Part shown: in pieces, positions 63,057-64,000 of the stretch
Layout: every line of letters starts with the position of its first letter
Numbering within the stretch: the first letter of the stretch is position 1
DNA from: Mobula hypostoma
Taxonomy: Eukaryota
Reading direction: 5' to 3'
NCBI RefSeq assembly: GCF_963921235.1
Contig: NC_086109.1
Span: 19,532,001-19,596,000, forward strand
DNA: 64,000 nucleotides
Made by a program: the position numbers and the translations under genes
Notes under the pieces: generated by a model
Databases searched by the model: none
Told to the model about the DNA's origin: nothing
What the model saw: the letters and a program-made list of their open reading frames with translations, nothing else

Positions 63057-63751
63057 CACTCAGTGGCCACTTTATTTGGTACAGGAGGTATCTACTAAAA
63101 TGGCACGTGATTGTACCTTTCTTTGTATGTTCATGGTCCGCTGCTGCTACTGTAGGCCATCCACTTCAAGGTTCGACATGTTGTGTGTCCAGAGATGCCC
63201 TTCTGCACACAACTGTTGTTTATTTATTTTATTTTATTGAGAGGTAAAATAACATATATCTAATCAGCCAATCATGTGGTAGCAGCTCAATGCATAAAAG
63301 CATGCAGACATGGTCAAGAGGTTTGGTTGTTGTTCAGACCAAATGTCAGAATGAGAAAGAAACGTGATCTAAGTGACTTTTACTGTGGAGTGATTGTTGG
63401 TGCCAGATGGGGCAAATTGAGTATCTAGGAAACAGAGGATCTCCTAGGATTTTCGCACTCCACAGTCTAGAGTTTACAGTGAATGGTGTGAAAAGCAAAA
63501 AACATCCAGTGAGCAGCATTTCTGTGGATGAAAATGTTTTGTCAATGAGAGAGGTCAGAGGAGAATAGCCAGACTGGTTCAAGCTGACAGGAAGGTGACA
63601 GTAACTCAAATAACCACACATTACAACAGTGGTGTGCAGAAAAACATCTCTGAACACACAATGCGTTAAATCTTAAGTGGATGGGCTACAGCAGCAGAAG
63701 ATCACAAACATACAGAAAACTACCTGCACCTAATAAAGTAGCCACTGAATG
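63057..63751. mobile_element. Rearranged Tc1-derived MITE (inverted composite)
   Basis: Minus-orientation piece 63057-63220 joined to plus-orientation piece 63257-63751; TIRs at both ends. Confidence 0.85.
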
Positions 63752-64000
63752 AATACTTTAATCAGTACTCTGCTCCAAGGTAATTTTTTTAAAAAACAGT
63801 GTATCCAGTTCCTTCTTAACAGTGAAGTGCTCTGTCCTGATGAATATTCTTTATAACCTCTCCACTGCAATCACATGCTTCCTCTAATGGGGTGAATTGA
63901 ACAGTATTCAAGCTATGGTCCAACCAATATTAAAATTGTAATAGAAACACTCTGCTATTACATTGCCTGCCCTAGCTAATCAAGGCAAGTATCCTGAATG

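Overview
Eukaryotic, AT-rich, repeat-dense vertebrate DNA. The repeat families (CR1, Rex1/Babar, HE1/V-SINE-like and Deu-domain SINEs, Penelope-like elements, Tc1-derived MITEs) point to a cartilaginous fish (inference; species not determinable). It reads as intronic or intergenic sequence: I found no intact long host CDS, and nearly all recognisable ORFs are transposon fragments or microsatellite artefacts. Most notable: (1) a young ~3.07-kb Penelope-like (RT + GIY-YIG) insertion at 41343-44413, built from two head-to-head copies and bounded by a perfect 13-bp TSD, with a minimal type I hammerhead ribozyme in each arm; (2) several short fold-back derivatives of the same 3' end across the window; (3) two R4/Dong-clade retrotransposon remnants next to TAA-rich tracts; (4) a solo LTR and a 73-bp hAT MITE, both with TSDs; (5) three minus-strand micro-exon candidates (6, 33 and 16 nt) that may belong to an unidentified host gene. 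Family names come from my recognition of motifs and translations, not database searches. Boundaries of old repeats are approximate.
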